Assembly (NCBI GenBank): GCA_963667255.1
Contig: OY762940.1
Span: forward strand, 800,001-864,000
From: Candidatus Cloacimonadota bacterium
GTDB lineage: Bacteria > Cloacimonadota > Cloacimonadia > G963667145
Length of the DNA stretch: 64,000 nt
Direction: 5' to 3'
Shown: piece by piece, positions 59,736-64,000 of the stretch
How the letters are laid out: each line of letters opens with the position of its first letter
How positions within the stretch are numbered: position 1 is the first letter of the stretch
Program-made: the position numbers and the translations under genes
The notes under the pieces: generated by a model
Database searches by the model: none
What the model was told of the DNA's origin: nothing
The model's input: only the letters and a program-made list of their open reading frames with translations

Positions 59736-60802
59736 AAGAAATACGGGATTTAGTTGAAATTTCAAAATATGCCGGTGAAAGATTTGATTTGGTGCAAGCT
59801 GGTGGAGGAAACAGTTCTGTAAAATTAACCAATGATAATATGTTAATAAAAGCTTCTGGTTTTTTATTGAGTGATGTAAATGAGCATAAAGGGTTTTCTA
59901 CTGTAATTACTTCCAAAATAGCAAATATTGTTAGAAATGAAAAAATACTAAATGATAAAAATAAAAAAAATCGTGAGCTGATATCTGCCAAATTAGTTGC
60001 GGAAGCGACTATTGATAAAGTCAACAGGCCTTCGATAGAAACTTTACTTCATTCTTTATTGCTAAAATATACTCTTCATACACATCCTATTGTAGTTAAT
60101 ATGATTGCTATTCAAAAAAAGTGGGAAGAAATTTTATTAAAAATTTTTGCAAAAGAAAAAATTGCTTTAGTGGGATATAGAACTCCAGGGATAGATCTTG
60201 CTCTTACATTAGCCGAAGAATTGCAGAAATTTGAAAAACCCCCCAATATAATTTTTTTACAAAATCACGGTTTAATCGTTACTTCTAATTTTAAAGAAGA
60301 TATTAAAATTTTAACCGAGAAAGTTCTTGAGAAAATTGAAAGGTATTTGAATATTGAAATGGATAAATTTAAATTAACTAACACAATTTCTCATTTTTTT
60401 AATTTATTGAATTGCAAGTCAACTATAACATATTTATGCCAAGATGTTTTTATTGTAAGTCAAATAAAGATTAATAAAGAACTTTTCTTTAGTTCTCCTT
60501 TTTGTCCAGATAGTTTGGTATATTGTGGAATGGTAGTGTGCGAATTAAGTGAAAATAAAGAAATAGAAGATTTAAAAATCTATAAAGCAAAATATTTGTC
60601 TGACCCTAAAATAATTTTATACAAAAACAATCTTTTTTTTGTTGCTCCCACCATAAAAAAAGCGAGAGAAATTGAAGAAGTTTTTAAATATAGCCTTATG
60701 ATTTTAGAAAAAAATAAAAAAAGTGATAAAAATTTTTTAAAAGTCGAAGAGTTGGTTTACCTAAGTAATTGGGGAGCTGAAAAATTTAGGCAAAAAACAT
60801 AA
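59732..60802 (+). CDS. Class II aldolase/adducin-family protein (RhaD-like)
   Basis: VQAGGGNSSVK, IKASG, RPSIETLLH, HTHP and LQNHGL motifs. Confidence 0.85.
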   Translation: MKEIRDLVEISKYAGERFDLVQAGGGNSSVKLTNDNMLIKASGFLLSDVNEHKGFSTVITSKIANIVRNEKILNDKNKKNRELISAKLVAEATIDKVNRPSIETLLHSLLLKYTLHTHPIVVNMIAIQKKWEEILLKIFAKEKIALVGYRTPGIDLALTLAEELQKFEKPPNIIFLQNHGLIVTSNFKEDIKILTEKVLEKIERYLNIEMDKFKLTNTISHFFNLLNCKSTITYLCQDVFIVSQIKINKELFFSSPFCPDSLVYCGMVVCELSENKEIEDLKIYKAKYLSDPKIILYKNNLFFVAPTIKKAREIEEVFKYSLMILEKNKKSDKNFLKVEELVYLSNWGAEKFRQKT

Positions 60803-60811
60803 AGGAAATAA

Positions 60812-63800
60812 ATGTTCAATAATGATTTAAAAAATATTCTAAAACACGACAATGTTAATATTTATCTGTTCCCTTTATTAATATTTGTTTTTTTGTGGAC
60901 CTATGGCAATATAGGTGTTTTAACAAGAACAAGCTTAATTTTACAAATAGTAATAACAAGTTATTTGATTGCTATATTATTATTTCTATTTTTTGTTAAT
61001 GAAAAGTACTTATCTAAAAATAGTGGTATAGATATTATAGTAATAAGTAAAAGTGATATTAAAATAATTTTACTAATTTTGTTTGTATCGCTAGTACTAG
61101 GTTTTAATTATATGCTTTATTCACTTAATGGTGATGAACTAGCACATTCTGTATCTTCGCAATTTTATGCAATATATGGATTACAATTTATATTTAATAA
61201 GTTGCCAAATTTTATTACTGCTCAACAATCTTGGATACTTGTTTGGATTATATCAAATTCTGTGCTTTTAAGTTCAAGTGCACTAATTTATTATATAAAA
61301 AAGCTGAACTTTAAATATAAATATATTGTTCTTTCAATTTTTATATTATTGTTTTTTAGAATTGGATATATATTAAGAGGAGGATATGATCCTTATCATC
61401 CTCCATTTCGGTTGTTCCCTCTTTGGTTGTCAAGTACAATATTTTCAACATCTATTTTTTCTTTCCGACTGCCGGGAGTTATAGCACTAAGCTTAATAGG
61501 TCTTATAATTTATAAAGTCCTAAAAGTAAAAACAAGTAACTATTATTTTTTATCGTTAAGTGTTTTTACATTACTTTCAATTCCTTTACTTTGGCACACA
61601 GCATATATAGTTGAACCATCAATTTGGGCTACTTTATTTTCTATTTTATTTTTATTAGCTTTTCAAGCAGATAAATTGAATAAACTGAGTTTTTTTACAT
61701 GGTTTTTATTGTTAGCTGTATTTATCCTGATGAGACAATCTTTGTTTTTCATTATTCTTCCAATGCTGTTTTTGTTTGCTATGGAAAGGAGAATGTTATT
61801 ACTTAAGAACTGGAAAGAGACTGTTTATGAATTATCTCCATTGTTAATAGTTTTACCATTCTTTATTAGAGGCTTAATACTTGGAACTCCTGCTCAAGCA
61901 AATGTTAGCACAGAACTTCAATGGACCTTATTTGAAAAATTATCCAATGTTGTTTCATCGGGGATGCTAAAAGACATTATTGTAAATAATTTTGAGATTT
62001 GGTCTCTTTTTATACTGTTTGCATTTATACCAACTAAAAATAATCGTGTAAAATATTTTATTACAATTTTATTATATATATTAAGTGCTTTTACCGTGTT
62101 TTACTCGATTAGACCCATTTTATGGGGAATACCAAGATATCAAGCAGAGTACATTATCCCGTTAATAGTTTTAGGTGCAGTAAGACTTTTAGCAATAATA
62201 TTTGGAAGTAACAACAAAACAAGCAAATATATAATAGCTGGAGGCTTACCTCGTCCTGAAAAAAGTGGACTCTATTAGGAGGAAACTTGGACAAAAGAGA
62301 GAAAACTTTTAGATATTCAAAAGCTTTCAGAAATGAGGTTCTAAAGAATGTCAAAAACAAAAAATTGACGGTTTTGGAAGCGGGTAAATATTATGGAGTG
62401 GGATTTCCAACTATTTATCGATGGTTGAAAAAAGCTAATTATGACACGCCCTGTAAGGAGGTAATTTTTGTGAAACTATCAGATCAGCACTCTGCTTTGC
62501 AAGAGATTGAGGAGTTAAAAAAAGAGAATCGTGCTTTAAAAGAGGCTGTGAGCAAGTTAACGCTCGATAAATTGTGCCTTGAAAAGTGTGTAGAAATTGG
62601 TGAGCGGGACTTTGGTATGGAATTAAAAAAAAAGCCCGAAGTACAGGAATTGAGGAAATCAGGCAGAAAATAGTGGAGAAAAAGTTCCCTTTTAAAATGA
62701 ATTCTGTTTGTAAATGGTTTGGGATTAGCAAGTCCGGTTTTTATAAAAAGAAGAAGCACATCGAAAAAACAAAGAAAATTGAAGATGAGATTTGCTTGCA
62801 TATAAATGCGTTACGCAAATTTGGACTTATGTGTGGAGCAAGAAAAACCAAGATTCATTTAAAGGAAGATTTTGACATTATTGTGGGCAGAGATAAATTG
62901 TTTGATATTATGAGAGAAAACGATTTGCAAAGTAAATTTATTAGGAAAAAAGTTCAACATTCCAGTGGAGTTAAGCAAATCTTTGAGAATATGTTAACCG
63001 ATGAATTTAAGAAATCTGTTACAAAATTTGGGCAAGTAATTGTGACAGATATTACCTATATCAAATTGCCCAATAATAAGTTCTGTTACATTAGTTTAGT
63101 TACGGATTTGGCTACCAGAAAAATTTTGGGGTATAATGTGGCTCAAACTCTTTTGGCTGAAGAGTCGGTTAAGGTTATGCGGAAGACATTGAAAAAATAT
63201 AAGTTGCCTAAAGATTGCATACATCATAGTGATAAAGGAGTGCAATATACGAGCAAATTATACACTGATTTTTTGAAGAAAAATAATTTTAGAATGAGCA
63301 TGACAGGTGCGGGCAAATGTTATGATAATGCTTGTGCAGAGCGAGTTTTTAATACTTTGAAGAACGAATTTGGTTTTAATGCTGTTTTTTCAAGTTTGAA
63401 GGAAGTGCGAAGAGAGTTGAAGAATTTTGTTGATATTTATAACAATAGACGATATCATATGAGTTTGGACTATAGAACACCGCAAAGTGTGTTTTTGGAG
63501 ATGCAGAAAGCTGCATAATTAATAAAAAACTGAGTCCACTATTTTAGGACTGGACAGCTTGCTTTGTTTGCTATTTTATAATTTATATACTATTTCTATT
63601 TCACATTCTCATAAAAAAACTATAGTAAATAATCATTTAGTAATAACTTCACACCATGTTTATAATTATGAAATTGCTTTTAAAACAGCAAAAGAATATG
63701 GTTATGCAGGAAGTACTGTAACTTTAGGGGTAACATATGGAATCTTGAATGAAGTTTTGTATGGATATAGTTTAATTGAGACAAAAAAACAATTAGAGAT

Positions 63801-64000
63801 CCAAAAAAAATTCAATGACTTTGAAGATAATAATATAGATTCTTTAGTTAAAAATGAAAATATTAAACTTGTGCTGCTTTCAGATTTTAGCAATAAAAAA
63901 GAGTATATCTGCACCAAATTAATTAAAAATGGTTTTAAAGAATGGAAAAAATTCTCAAACGAAAAGACAGCGGACGAAATTATAGCATTAGTTAGAAGTG
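60812..64000 (+). pseudogene. Multi-TM, GT-C-like membrane protein interrupted by IS3; continues past window end
   Basis: LNGDE, YHPPF and FSFRLPG motifs; removing the IS plus one GCT joins ...IAGG|LLCLLFYNLYT... in an ORF open to 64000. Confidence 0.65.
62247..63556 (+). mobile_element. IS3-family insertion sequence, copy 3 (orfA 62287-62673, orfB 62673-63518)
   Basis: Same IRs; 3-bp TSD GCT; OrfB differs from copies 1 and 2 at five residues. Confidence 0.95.

Overview
Bacterial chromosomal window from a low-GC organism, probably an anaerobe; taxonomy cannot be fixed from sequence alone. In order it contains: (1) a partial D-aminoacylase-like amidohydrolase, codB-codA, an NhaC-family transporter, rpsA and rsmI. 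(2) An IS256-family element. (3) Eight tRNAs, then tuf-rpmG-tRNA(Trp)-secE-nusG-rplKAJL-rpoBC-rpsLG, running directly into rpmH-rnpA-yidD-yidC with no fusA. (4) A decayed P-II (glnB/glnK) remnant missed by the ORF track, then a crotonase. (5) An AT-rich type I-B CRISPR-Cas locus (cas6-cas8b-cas7-cas5-cas3-cas4-cas1-cas2). Its cas8b is split by an IS3-family element and carries an internal Cas11-like start; its array of about 126 repeats is also hit by an IS3 copy. (6) A GbsR/MarR-regulated RND efflux operon. (7) nusA-ylxR-infB. (8) A very AT-rich surface-glycosylation-like locus: a GT-C-type membrane glycosyltransferase fused to a phosphoribulokinase-like kinase, a HAD phosphatase, a class II aldolase/epimerase, and a second GT-C-like membrane protein. 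Both membrane genes are interrupted by IS elements. This last locus is the best candidate for an undescribed system. All calls are by manual reading; no database searches were run.
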